From: Sarea resinae
Taxonomy: Eukaryota
Length of the DNA: 64,000 nucleotides
Assembly (NCBI GenBank): GCA_026026165.1
Contig: JAPEUD010000050.1
Span: 62,001 to 126,000, forward strand
Reading direction: 5' to 3'
Below the pieces are notes generated by a model, which had not been told where the DNA came from, did no database searches, and saw only the letters and a list, made by a program, of their open reading frames with translations. The position numbers and the translations under genes are program-made. Below, piece after piece: positions 1-11,968 of this stretch. Every line of letters begins with the position of its first letter. The first letter of the stretch is position 1.

Positions 1-240
1 TATAGCGAGTGCGTGAATGCCAAATCGTTAATAGTATTTACTGTTTATGACTTTTACTTGTTTACTCTGCAGACCGTACTACTGTTGCTACTGCTGCTGC
101 TGCTGTTGCTACTCCTCCTCCTCCTCTTCCTCCTCCCCATCGTCCCCCTCCTATTAGACTCAACCACTACTAGGACCACCTCGAACAGAAGTGGGCAGGA
201 TCATCCTCTCGACCGGAGAATAGCTGGACAAGGACACGTG

Positions 241-274
<34 letters not shown>

Positions 275-860
275 TTCTTGCTACTTTCTTCACGTGAGGA
301 TTTCTAAATCGGTTGTTCTCAATTGGATTCAAGATGACGGATCCGAAAATCTAATCTGATGGATGGATGATTCTATGTGCAAATACCCCGCTAAGAAAAT
401 GAAAATGAAAACGAAAACGGCACCAGACGAGACGAGATGAGACGAGACGAGAGAAGACGCCTCCGCTAAACCGGTCAAAACCTGGGGACGTAACGAGAAA
501 TGTGGAAAAGTGAAATCTAAACTGTAGGCCATGAAACGTGAACGGTGAATCGTTGACCCGTGGACCCCGAATGGATTGGGAGGAATTGAAACCCGTGAGT
601 GAGCAATGCGAAGACCGAATGGATTGGACAACCAGACAAACAAATTGAGGAATAGGCAAATTGATCGACGAGGGCTTTGGGGAAGTGGAGAAAGAGAAAA
701 GACGGAAAAGGAGAAGAGGGCATTTGGCTGGGATTTAAGCTCGGGCTTGGCTTTGTGTGTCTTTTGGGCTGAGTCCTTTCCTTTCTGTTTTGGTTGGATG
801 TGAGAAGGTGTGAGGGGGTGAGGGTGTGAGTGCGGTGGTGATGATGACGAAGATGTATGC
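1..860. repeat. Microsatellite-rich tract ((CTG/CTC)n, (CTTT)n 241-272, (GAGAC)n)
   Basis: Tandem simple repeats are directly visible; ORFs here are low-complexity by-products. Confidence 0.8.
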
Positions 861-999
861 GGAGAAAGGCCGCGGTTATCCATGGAGAAGACTGTAGCTG
901 TAGATGGACGAGGAAGGGGTGGAGATCGCTGTCATGGACGCCTTGGCTTCCGCCTCCTCCGGCATTTCTGGATCGACGTCCCTTTCAGCCCTCAAGAAT

Positions 1000-1224
1000 T
1001 CACAGCTCCTCCAAGCCCCACTCCAACGTGACGTCCTCGCTACACTCGGGACAATAGTAATTGCTCAGGCCCGTACACGTCGCCTGCAGATTCCGACACA
1101 TGTCGACGGACCACGAGTCCGCGCTGTGGGCCGACAGCGTGTGGTTCGGGCAGATCTCGATCGTGTGGTCCCAGATGTACGTGCTGTGGTTGCAGCAGTA
1201 CCACGAGTAGGTGTAGGAGCACAT
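1000..1224 (-). CDS. Small cysteine-rich hypothetical protein (74 aa)
   Basis: ATG-started ORF MCSYTYSWYCCNH...C...C...C...CPEC; this MC..CxH...CxxC layout resembles small fungal putative Zn-binding proteins; TATAAG on the minus strand about 200 nt upstream (1422-1427). Confidence 0.6.
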   Translation of the reverse strand: MCSYTYSWYCCNHSTYIWDHTIEICPNHTLSAHSADSWSVDMCRNLQATCTGLSNYYCPECSEDVTLEWGLEEL

Positions 1225-2702
1225 GTTTCTTGTCTCTTTGTTGCCCGGGGAGGATCTCTAGAAGGCGGTCAGCTTGGGCGAATCGTTGGACAGATAACAA
1301 TCGGAGCTGCTGTGGAGACTTACGTATCTATTGAAGTGCACAGAGTTCAATTCCTTACACCAAAGCCCAGCTGTCGAGAGGATTGAAGTCAAGGCCAAGC
1401 TTCCGTTCGCTTCGAGTCCTTCTTATAAGCTCTGGGATGCTGGTTCTAGACTGGTAGATCCCTTCCCGATTTAACTGCACTTAGATGCGAGTGGAGTATG
1501 TGGAGTATGCGTCAATGTGTAGGTCGGCGGCTGACGGGGTCGAAACTATGTATGCGCGAGGCACAATCAAAATGGAAAAGCGGCTGTGGTATATCGACCA
1601 GTGAGAGGTGTCCACGATAGATATGAAGGGCCGCAACGAAGCTATGCAGCTGTATATGTATGTGCGGATTTTGTATGTATGTATGTATGTAGGTAAATAT
1701 GCAAAAGTGCGCGTCCTGTGAGGATAATAATGAGTGGCTGAATGGCTTATTAGCTGAATATATCAATGGACCGTGTGAAGAGCTGGCCAAAGTGGCAGCC
1801 TCATTGTGGTTATATGCTGATATGCAGGGTCCATCCACTCTCTTGTCATGATTTGTCGAGTCGAGGGACGTGAGGCTGTCGGAGCTTCTTCGGACGGGGG
1901 CACCCCGTCCTACGTAGTCAGCCGCTGGCGGACCGAGTAACGAACAAAGCAAATGCATTGCATCGCATTGCATCGCGCCACTTCTTCTCCGTGTGGAGAT
2001 AAAGGAACGGGTGCCGTGGAGTGATCAAGTCGAGACAAGACTCGAGAATGGCCGCCTCGATTCTCTTTCTGCTTTGTTTCTGATTCATTTGCCTCAATCG
2101 TCTATGAAGGCATGGCGGAAGATTAGTCAGGGGGACGACAAGTCATGGCCAAGGGGCAACAGATGAGGTTGGAGCTGATGGAGCTGACGGCTCTGACTCG
2201 GACACGATTTGGCTGCCGGCCAGCGACTCATGTGGGCATGTGGTGTGGGCAGGGCTTGTAGCGCTACCCCGGATACTATGGCAGCGAGCGCAGGGACCAG
2301 GGTGCCTCTACCTCGCACTACCGAGTACTATGAGTAGCAGTGCTTCCTCGCTTAGATCTGCACCCTCTCACCGCCTTTTGTGCGCCGCAAATGCCGTCTT
2401 CCGAGTCTTGCCGCCTCCCCGTCGGGCTGCTGACTCAACTCTACTCCGAACTTGACACTTCGAGCACTGCATCGCTCTATCCGGATCGAATCCGAGAAGA
2501 GATCACGTCGGGCAAGGCACCACTGTCCGATAGACTGGCAGTAGCTTCCGCCCTTCTTATCTGTAATCTGCTATCGGAGGAATCGCTCACGTAAGGTGAT
2601 GCTCTGGATCTTCAAGAGAGCTGGAAGCGTAGGCAAAGCATGATAGATCTGCAGCAGTTGATATTCTGATCCAGGTTGGATGAGAAATCATTGGTTATCG
2701 AG

Positions 2703-5214
2703 CTAGAAGAGCATCACATCATCGCCGTCGCCATCGCCCTCACCGTAACCCTCGCTATGACCAGCGCCCCTATAGCCACCATCACCCGGATCACCATGGC
2801 TGAGTTCGGTACTGCTGCAATATAGAGGCAAGGTAGAAACTGGCTCATATTCGACCCTAGGTGCAGACGAATACAAAGCCAGATCTAGCTCCGTCCGGGC
2901 TGGGCAACCCAAGATGATATGCTCAAGCTCCCGAGATGAATGGACAGCATCATCTCCCGCCGCTCTGCTGGTCTGGCCCAACTCATCCACGAGGATCTGT
3001 GCATCTGAGCCCCAATTCATCGCTCGAGAATCAATATCGTCCTCGTCATTATGATACATTGGCTCGTTGGGAGTCCCATATTCGGTGTCCCTATTTCTGC
3101 CCACATGAGTATTATCAATGCCATTGCCATGAGTCGACATCTCTGCCAACGTTTCCTTAGCGGTGAATGAAAGCTTCCGAAGACCGGACATTGTTTCCTG
3201 GCTGCCATCCTGGAAAGAAGTCCTGAAAAAAGTGTCTGCTCTAATTGGTGAGATATGAGAATGTAGGCACTGAAGGGGTGTTTCGATAGAGACACAATTT
3301 GTACGGTCGAGCATGCTGCTATCACTATGACTTGATACTTCGTCGAGACTATCGTACAGCTCAAATTCTTTTTCGAGAGCAAGAATAGAATGCATTGAAG
3401 ACGTGGAGTTAACGGCCGAATCGGTTTGCGGGAAGTGAGTCATCTGGTTATCTGGAGTGAGTTCTTGGATATCTGAATTGGCATCGGCGAAGAGCTCATC
3501 CAATTCATCTTTGTCGTGTGACAGCATGTCTGACCAAGCATTGTCCTCATTGAATGCGTCCTCCGTATTCTCCATATCCCCATTAACCAAATCCTCGATC
3601 AACCTGTCCTCGAGAATGTCCTCTTCAAATAAAAGAGACAAGTCTTCGTCATGCGTATTCAACTCTCCAGGAGAATCTGAGATAGCCGAGCAAGGAGCCG
3701 CATCATCTTGCAACATACTATCGAGTCTGCTGCTAACCCGGCTGGAAGATTTCTGGGACTGACACTCAATCGGTTTCAAGCGCCAAGCAGCACAAGGCTT
3801 GTACAAGGTTTTCTGCATCATTCGCCAGAGCCTTGCTTTGACGATCTGGTCTATTTGAGCCATATTTTCATTTTGCGGGGGTATAGTATCATTGCTCCTG
3901 TCAAGGCTAGACTCTGACGGCCATGGCCCTAAAAGAGATATTTGGATAAGTTTCTGTTTCAACGAGGAAGATTTAGCTCGCTGAAGCAGTGAAAAGGACA
4001 GGACTCGACTGATGGTAGGTAAAAAGTGTGCCCGTTGGGCAATAGCCTGGCCCTCAACAGTCAGAGCTAGAGCTTTACCCATCGGTTGGCTCACTTACTG
4101 GTAGGTAGCCAGGGCTCCATATTGCTGGAAATATCTCTGAAAGGCGAGGTGATGCATCTGTTCTTTTTGACTTGATTCCCGCAGCGCTCCTCTTAGGCTT
4201 TTTGCAAATAATTGAGCGCATTGCAAGATCGGTGAGAGAAACAACACCCCGAGAAAGTAGTTCCCCAGTGATTTCTGGCTCTTCACCAACAACAACAACA
4301 GCTCTCTGATTACTCCCCAATCCGTCTTCCGGGCTTCGCAAGAGGTACTGGGACATGCTTGCATCATCAAATTCCTGCTGAAAGAAAGGATCTTCGCGCT
4401 GGTTGGTGAAGTCTAGCTCATCTTCAAGAATCTCCGCTCCATCCAGAGATGAATACATTTCGTCTGCATCAAGCTCAATATCTCCCATGAGCTGGAGAGG
4501 GCTAATGTGCGATGCACATAGCATATCCAGGTCCATCCAATCAGCAACATGCTGGCAAGGATCTGTCCTGTATATTTGGCTTGCAAGAGTAGTATACGCG
4601 CTAAGGAGATTATCTCCTTTGGCCAACAATTGGATCTGAGCAAATTCGAGGTTAATTATTACGGCCTGCAAAGCCGCGCTGGGCACGCTTAGTGGTGGCC
4701 TTGCGTCCGCGTGCCTCATCCCTAATTGTGAGAGACGAGATTTTGATATGTTGGCCGAGTCGTCTATAGCGTACTGTTCATGGTTAATATGTAAGACGAT
4801 ATCGCTGTAGGTCCCAATATCAGAGAGATCATTTGGCTTGGGCAGCGATAACGAGGCCTGGAGATAGAGCTGGTTCCACAGCTACGGCATCGTGTCAATG
4901 AAGCCTAGCAACAGAGACAGTGGGGCTACCTCAGCATCTCGGAGACTTTGGCCCAGGTCCTCTACAAGCTTCAATTCGGCAGAATTCTTTCCTAGGCGTC
5001 TTGCATTGAGTGAGATGTGGAACTCCACTCGAAATCCCTCTCCGCGATAACCCCATATCTCGCGGGATGAAAGCAAGTCAAGCAAAGGTAGCTTTTGACT
5101 ATCGAGATCGTAGTCTTCGGAGATGGAGATTCGAGCTGAAGTAGCGGCTTTGAGCTGAAGGTGAGCATTTGGAAAGGCAAAAGCAATGCTCCCCAATGAA
5201 TAAGATGATGACAT
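2703..5214 (-). CDS. Multi-exon hypothetical protein with acidic disordered C-terminal half
   Basis: Intron 4098..4047 (GTAAGT...CTGAC...CAG) joins PAIWSPGYLP to AIAQRAHFLPTIS in frame. Further GT/AG pairs link upstream to an ATG at 5214, but the 5' exon structure between about 4600 and 4930 is uncertain. Confidence 0.6.
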
Positions 5215-5586
5215 CCGTAGATCGACATCTGGTTTTCAACTCTTTGACACTGCGCAGCAAGAATGGTCCTAACAGCCGTCCAACATGGTTCTGTTCTGTA
5301 TAAAGCAAAAGCTTTGAAGGAGAAATGAATGGAGAGTTGAGCGAATGGGTTTGTTGATAGATGAGAGGCCCTCAGGGTAACCGTATGTACGAAGAGAGGT
5401 AAGGTAGGTATACATCGCGTGCCTAGGCGTCCCTGAAGTTGGAGGACAAAGGACAACATTCACACAACCAGAGGAACCCACCACAGCAACAATGCTGCCC
5501 TATCGGTGACGAACTCACCTTCGACCTATTTTCGGTCTTTGAGGTCAAGGCTTCACGGCTTCAGATTTGCCAATTCAGCCACTACA

Positions 5587-6199
5587 ATGCTGTCCACACT
5601 TAATCTCCAACCGCGGCAACTTGCCTCGCAAATTCTCAATTTCGCGCTCGTTCTCTCTACAGCCTTTATGCTCTGGAAGGGCCTTTCCGTCGCAACCGAC
5701 TCTCCATCGCCAATCGTTGTCGTTCTTTCGGGATCCATGGAACCCGCTTTCCAGCGAGGCGATCTTCTGTTTCTGTGGAATCGGGGCATGGATACCAAAA
5801 TTGGTGAGGTGGTAGTATACAATGTGCGCGGGAAGGATATCCCCATCGTGCATCGGGTTGTAAGGAGGTTTGGAGGGGGGTGAGCTTACATTTTCTTGCC
5901 GTTGCTCTTATCAGGACCCCCGCTACAATTCGGCAACAGAGTATCAAAACGCTGATGAATGGACATTTAGGCCCAGCCCGTTACGGCTCTTGACCAAGGG
6001 TGATAACAACCTTGCCGACGACACCGAACTCTATGCGCGGGGGCAGGATTACTTGGAGCGTTCGAGGGACATCATTGGAAGTGTGAAGGGATATATTCCT
6101 TTTGTAGGTTATGTCACGATATTGCTGAGCGAGCACCCATGGCTGAAGACTGTCATGTTGGCTCTCATGGGCGCAGTCGTTGTTTTACAGCGGGAATGA
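5587..6199 (+). CDS. SEC11: Signal peptidase complex catalytic subunit
   Basis: [27 protein letters not shown] and LLTKGDNN motifs; exons 5587-5879 and 5971-6199. Confidence 0.97.
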
Positions 6200-6384
6200 T
6201 TAGTCAATATATTTAGGGTGGCTTCGATGTTCTTTTCAATCACCTTGCCAAGCTGCCTTTTCTATGTCCTTTCCAGACCATTTCATGCATATTTGTTACC
6301 AAACGCCGGATTGAACGATGACCAAAGTCTTTCGATATGACTCCCAGCACTAGGATTCGACTCTCCAAGGCAAGCCCTACTTGC

Positions 6385-7695
6385 TTACGATGTGCTACCC
6401 TCATCATGCTCAAGCCCAAGACCGAACATACGGATTGAGTTGTTCCACGCTCTGTTTCTTGTACATCAGTATTCTTTCCAGGAGAGGATATGGAAGAGCA
6501 GCTTACGCTTCACAAACCTCCTCTACCGGCACACCCTTGACTCTTGCAATCACGTGTGCTACGAGCGGAATCGTGGCGGGCTCATTTCGGCCCTTGACCA
6601 TCAGTCCGGGCGCCCATCGCTCCTTCTTGACTGCTTTGGGGACCTCTGGGGTATCGGAGGAAGGAGAGAGGTATTTAGAGGAGGCATGGGAGGGACGTAT
6701 CTCGCACTTGAATGAGGTATTGTCAGACTATTTGCGGGGACCTTTGAATCGCATCTAGGGCGGGGGATTTGGGAGGGGGGAAGGGAGAGACTCATACCCA
6801 TGGCCCATCAGTCTCGATCTGTAGTCTATCGAGCGGTAGCTCTTTAACGACTTGGAGATTTTCTTCTGTCTTCAGACTACACCCGTTGATTCCAACATCT
6901 AATCCTAGCGCCACCAATCTTCTCATCTCCTCTTCTGTGCCTGTAAAACTATGCACAAGTCCTTTCTTCGGTAGTAACGGCAACTTTGAAGAGAGTAAAC
7001 GCTCGAAATCCTCACTGGCAGCGCGGGAATGTAAGAAAAGAGGTAGTTGGACCTTCACGGCTATCTCGAGTTGAGCGGCGAAGTATTTTAGCTGGGGTTC
7101 TTTCGGGCAGAGGAACAGGCGATCATAGTCGAGGCCGATCTCACCGAAGGCGACGACATGGCCTGATGTCTTCGACGTTATGGCCAAGTCTTCTAGGGCG
7201 GAGAGAAGAGCGGTGGGACCATTAGGGTAGGAGTCGAATTGGCTGGCGGAGCATGGGTGAACACCCACGGTTGCATAGCAGAGGCCGGCTGGTGGAGGCA
7301 AATGGGTCAGACTTCAGCTGTTCCCTCGTTCAAATTGTATAGAAAACCCACGGTGTTCCTTTGCAATCTCAATGGCATGTTGGGACTCCTTCAAATCTGA
7401 CCCGGTCACCATAAGCTTCTCACAACCAGCGCCGATGGCTCGTTGTATGACGTCTCTGAAGTCATCCTCGTGTGCTTGCTTGCCGTGGTAGATGCCACGG
7501 AAGATTGGGTCACCGAGATTAATTCCAACCTGTCAAGCTCAGCTTATGAATTCTAGGAATGGCTTCTTTGCGCGAACCAACATCTACATATCTTAGTCGC
7601 TTGGATGGTTCGGCTTTGCCGGCTGCGGCTTGGGATTCGGCGTAAGATGGAAGGGCTGAAGGGTCTTTCGATGGAGGAGATGTAGCTGAAGCCAT
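6385..7695 (-). CDS. tatD: TatD-family DNase (TATDN1-like), 5 exons
   Basis: Spliced motifs YVDVGINL-DPIFRG-YHGK, TVGVHP, GEIGLDYDR, LFLHSR, VHSFTG, ETDGPWCEIRPSH, NEP; stop TAA at 6385-6387; in-frame upstream ATG at 7890. Confidence 0.95.
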
Positions 7696-9696
7696 ATCTG
7701 TAAGGTACTGATGAGTATGGTCAGGTGAACTAGGAGTGTTGGCTGTGGAGAGTTGAAGGGGGATATTACTTCTTGTATATGCTCCTACGGCTAGGAAGGG
7801 CCGCTGAACGCCTATTCGAGGTATTCGAGGTATTCGAGTGCAGGACTTCGCGCAAAGTCGCAAAACAGATGGCTTTAGATTATGTATCATGAGAATGTTC
7901 ACTCGGGGGGCGAAAGAGGCGTTTCGATCATAGACAGTAGGAATACATTATAGATTGGACGATTCGCAGATCCCAACGGATGAATAAGGTGCCCCGTCAT
8001 TGAAGATCGAAAGGGAAGATAGAAACTGCCGTATCGCTTCTCACCGCCTTCTCCGCACTCACCACTCACCAACAACGTCCCCCTCCATCCAAAAGTGCAC
8101 CTCTCGGTCACAGTGTTAGAAAACACCGCGGAATACCGATCAAAAAACCTCTTGCAGTGAATAGCGCGACTATAGCACAGGCAGAGTCTTTTTTCATTTC
8201 GATCAAGCAATTGCCACGGGAGAACGATAGACTGAAATGCATTCAGTGAATAGCATTGACCGACAAAAGCCATGATGATCTGTTCCAGTAATCATCACGG
8301 AGGATCGGTAGATTAACATCCTTTTGTGAATGGCCTTTCTTCTGCTAGAGGACCGACAGTGCGAACCATATACCTTATCAGGATATCCGGGTATCTATTC
8401 ACCAGCATGCTTTTCCGTGGACCGATAAAGCGCACAGAACCACGTTCATCTATTCAAACAGAAAAGCGCGGTCACCTAGATAGATAGCTACTTCCTTGTA
8501 CTATAGATTCACTGCGCCTGAGCACAGAACCAGGCGGGAGACCGACCTCTAGAGACTTAGGTGGTGAATCTGCTTATTATGTATAGCCCTTTCCCTCGTG
8601 ATCTAATAGAACATATAATCATAATTGCGACCCACCTCCTTCTGTCCTGATACAGGTAGGAAGCGTATAATATTTGGTTCGCAGCGCCATCCTCTAAACC
8701 TGGCTACCTTACCTACCTTAACTATCGCGATAGTTTACATTTTACACGTAGGTCTAAAGAATATTGGTCCCCCCCCTCATTGAGGTAGATCGTCTTCTGC
8801 GAGAATAAACAATGGCTAGTAGCAGGCATCCCCGAGCTCTTAAGCCCTAGACATAGGGTAGGTGCGCCAAACATGCGATATATCGGTCTACCAAGAGTAT
8901 TGCGTGAATAAACAAGTGAACAGTAGCCTTCCCACACCGGAAACAAGCCAGGTTCAAGGAGGTAGATAGAATGAATGCCGTCTGTGGCCTGGCCTATTCA
9001 CTATAGCATCTTAGCAGCCGATATCCGGCACTTCGAGGAACACCTCCAGCTCTTGTTCTTGTTAACGCGTCAGGAACACTCAGTTGGCACCTTTCACGCT
9101 TCACCCACATATCCGCTTCCATACGCGCACACACAGACATCTGCAGGAATGTTGACGTCCTCAAGCCCATTCCAGCGTCTGGCTGCAAACAGCTGAGACC
9201 AGAATAGCAACGAAAGCTCGCATTCTCCCTCTATTGTTAATAGCGGGGAGAGAGGAGACAAAGAGAGGCTGGGTGATAAGAGAAGAGTAGGGAAGACGTT
9301 CCCGAGGCCCGACGCGTTCATCAAGGGAAGAGAAAAGTGAGTGAGGACGTATCATACTGGCATTTTGGAGTGATCTGACGCGGGTCTCCACAGCTGGCTT
9401 GGCTTGGTTTGGCTGGTTTGTCTTGACTCAATATTCGATTTGGAAGGAACGCTGGACCACGCGAGTAAGTGCTCTCTAGTCTATCTAAATACAAAGCTAA
9501 GCACTGGCTAGAGCTCGTGCATGATATCTAGGTACCCAGCAGCCATAAGTGGGAGGAAAGAGGAAGCACAAAGCAGGACCAAAACATCAGATTCAAAGGC
9601 GGATAACAGACATCGGCTCAGCGCTATCATAGGGAACCTGGACACCTACATTCAGTTCATTGGCCTATACCTCATAAGCGACAGCCACCAGACAAG

Positions 9697-10467
9697 ATGT
9701 TGACACTCATGGGCCACCCCATTCCAAGTATGCGCGTCGAATACCTCGAGATATCCGAACGAAGCCCAACTGCACGACAGTACGCCCCCTCAGAGCATGA
9801 CACTGAAGAGGACCCCCAAGGCCACGATTATCTGAACCTGGAACAACCCCCGCGCGGCACAGATGACGGCGTTCCTGTCGATTGGGAACCATTCGATGAT
9901 ATGCTCTTGTGGAGCTTCCGCGGCAACGCAACGCAAGTGCAAGCGCAAGCCCAGCACCATTGGAACTTTGACCCGCCGCTGAGCCTTGATTGGGTTTCCA
10001 CGAGACTAAGCGTCAGCGCTGCGGCGCAACTGCAGCATCTGGAGAGTCTTCTGCCGGGGGAGAGTGATATGATTTTGAGGGTTCAAGTGAGGATCGGAAC
10101 GGCGGGGGACCCGCGACGCGAGGAACCGACTCCGGGCGACTGGGACGACTTGTCGGACACGTACCTTCCTTCGTACACGACACCACCAATGCCAGAGGGA
10201 CAGCCAGCGGACTGGAATAGGCTCGATGATGTTGAGGTGTACCTAGCACTGACTTCGGGGGAGGAGCCAAGCACTTTTTGCAGTCATCAGCCCGAACACA
10301 GAGTTCCCGAGGTTACTGAAGGCTTGAGGGACCCCCTTCTGCATTTTGTTGAGGAGAGAATGTGCCAGGCGAGGTATCTTGCGGTCAGCATGAGAGAGGT
10401 TACTGAGATGATGGAGTCAAGGCCGGAGCGCAACTTCTCTGTCCGCATGCAGAACCTTGGGATGTGA
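9697..10467 (+). CDS. Hypothetical acidic protein, 256 aa, no family recognised
   Basis: Uninterrupted ATG-started 771-nt ORF with no strong overlapping gene; internal P-x-D-W-x-x-[LF] repeats. Confidence 0.6.
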   Translation: MLTLMGHPIPSMRVEYLEISERSPTARQYAPSEHDTEEDPQGHDYLNLEQPPRGTDDGVPVDWEPFDDMLLWSFRGNATQVQAQAQHHWNFDPPLSLDWVSTRLSVSAAAQLQHLESLLPGESDMILRVQVRIGTAGDPRREEPTPGDWDDLSDTYLPSYTTPPMPEGQPADWNRLDDVEVYLALTSGEEPSTFCSHQPEHRVPEVTEGLRDPLLHFVEERMCQARYLAVSMREVTEMMESRPERNFSVRMQNLGM

Positions 10468-10640
10468 GGAAGAAGCTGAGGGGGGCGATTTGGCATGCTG
10501 TATTCATTCAAGGTGTTTCCAGAAAATCCCCCAGCTAGACCTCGTAGATGTCCATTCTTTTCATATTCTCTCCAATAGGGGAATCACCGGATAACCAATG
10601 GGATTAGGCTGAGATTGCTGAACGAAATCAAAGATTCTTA

Positions 10641-11630
10641 TTATATCCCTGCCACCGCTGCCTTTTTGGTGACCTTTGATTTGGGCTTGCAGGGCTCTGG
10701 TATGGTTGGTATGGGCATTGCTTTTTGGAATACCATCTGCTGAACCCCTGAATATACTGAATTTGATATCAGATAGATGACCAATGCACTTGGGAAATGT
10801 AAGGTGAGCGGGCCGAGGGCTAAGGCAACCATCTTGGTGATCTTATCGATCCTCCGCATCATTGTGGACCTTTCGCCCCTTATATTCCACTGAGCCAAGT
10901 ATAGGTTTGCCAACACACTTGCACTGAGCACAAAGGGGAGCGCCAGCGCCGTGTCCGGTAGCAGCAGATTTTCGAAAGACAAGATCCCTCCTGTCGAAAA
11001 GGACTGCTCAATCGGCACTGTGGCACTTTGACTCAACTCCTCAAGGACTGTAGAACGATCTGCTTGCCCATACAGAGAGGAATCGAATGGATGAGATATC
11101 ATTCCCAGGATTCCGGTGCCAAAGCCCGACATGCGACGGAGCGTCTCGATCATGAGTAGGAAGATGGGAATTTGGCCCGAGGTAACCAGAAAGCTTTTCC
11201 ACACTTGAACATCCCACCGACGGAAGATTTCGCTCCTTTTGCGAAAGAAGTCGATCCTGGTCTCCGCCACCATTTTCGATACATCCGGCCCTGTTCGGTT
11301 TCTCCTATTCACGGCACCCCATGCCCGCAGCAGTGGCATCAAGTCTGTCCGTCTTTGTTGACGCCTTCGCGAATAGATTGCCAGAGGCAGAGTGAAGACC
11401 GTGCGGACTGCAAAGGTAGTGGCGGGGATGGCCAGGTACCATGGAAGGCCTGTGAAGGTGTGCACACTTTCTAGTAGTGTATGTGCTCCGGAGACGCCGG
11501 CCTCGATGAACTTCTTTGGTGGTGAGGCGTGAAATTCTCGACGGGCATGAACCTGCTTTGACGCTCTAGAGACATGGAGAGATAACAGTGCGGAGCGCTG
11601 GAGGCGGCAGGGGCTGCAAAGGGTCGCCAT
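10641..11630 (-). CDS. COX18: Mitochondrial inner-membrane insertase, Oxa1/Cox18 family
   Basis: Arg/Ser-rich presequence, H-x-x-TGLPWYLAIP...VRT, QIPIF...ETLRRM, GG-LSF-NL--PD...LPF, P-ALVIY; intronless; ATG at 11630. Confidence 0.85.
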   Translation of the reverse strand: MATLCSPCRLQRSALLSLHVSRASKQVHARREFHASPPKKFIEAGVSGAHTLLESVHTFTGLPWYLAIPATTFAVRTVFTLPLAIYSRRRQQRRTDLMPLLRAWGAVNRRNRTGPDVSKMVAETRIDFFRKRSEIFRRWDVQVWKSFLVTSGQIPIFLLMIETLRRMSGFGTGILGMISHPFDSSLYGQADRSTVLEELSQSATVPIEQSFSTGGILSFENLLLPDTALALPFVLSASVLANLYLAQWNIRGERSTMMRRIDKITKMVALALGPLTLHFPSALVIYLISNSVYSGVQQMVFQKAMPIPTIPEPCKPKSKVTKKAAVAGI

Positions 11631-11968
11631 TGCGGTGGAAGGCCCTAAGGCTGATGGGTCAAGAAACAACGCAAGAAAGAGCGACCAGGCGGGAGCCAGG
11701 AAGACGTCTGACGAGGAATTGGGCGTCTAGTGGTTTAGTTGTTGTTACTGTCAGAATGGAAGACACGACGGAAGATTTAAATTGAAGGTCGCGGCCGGAG
11801 AAGGCCACGGCAGGGGCCGAGACGACGTAGCTGAGCTCGAGCTACAGGGTGAGACGGCCAGATATGGCATAAATCTACACACCGGGTCCTCATCATCACC
11901 ACCATCATCATCTGAACCTCTTGGCTCTGGGGACAATGCATGCCAGAGCAGATCGCTAAACATTCAGG

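Noticed and set aside
904..1386. 160-aa plus-strand ORF
   Set aside because: Val/Arg-rich antisense shadow of the Cys-rich minus-strand ORF; no recognisable motif
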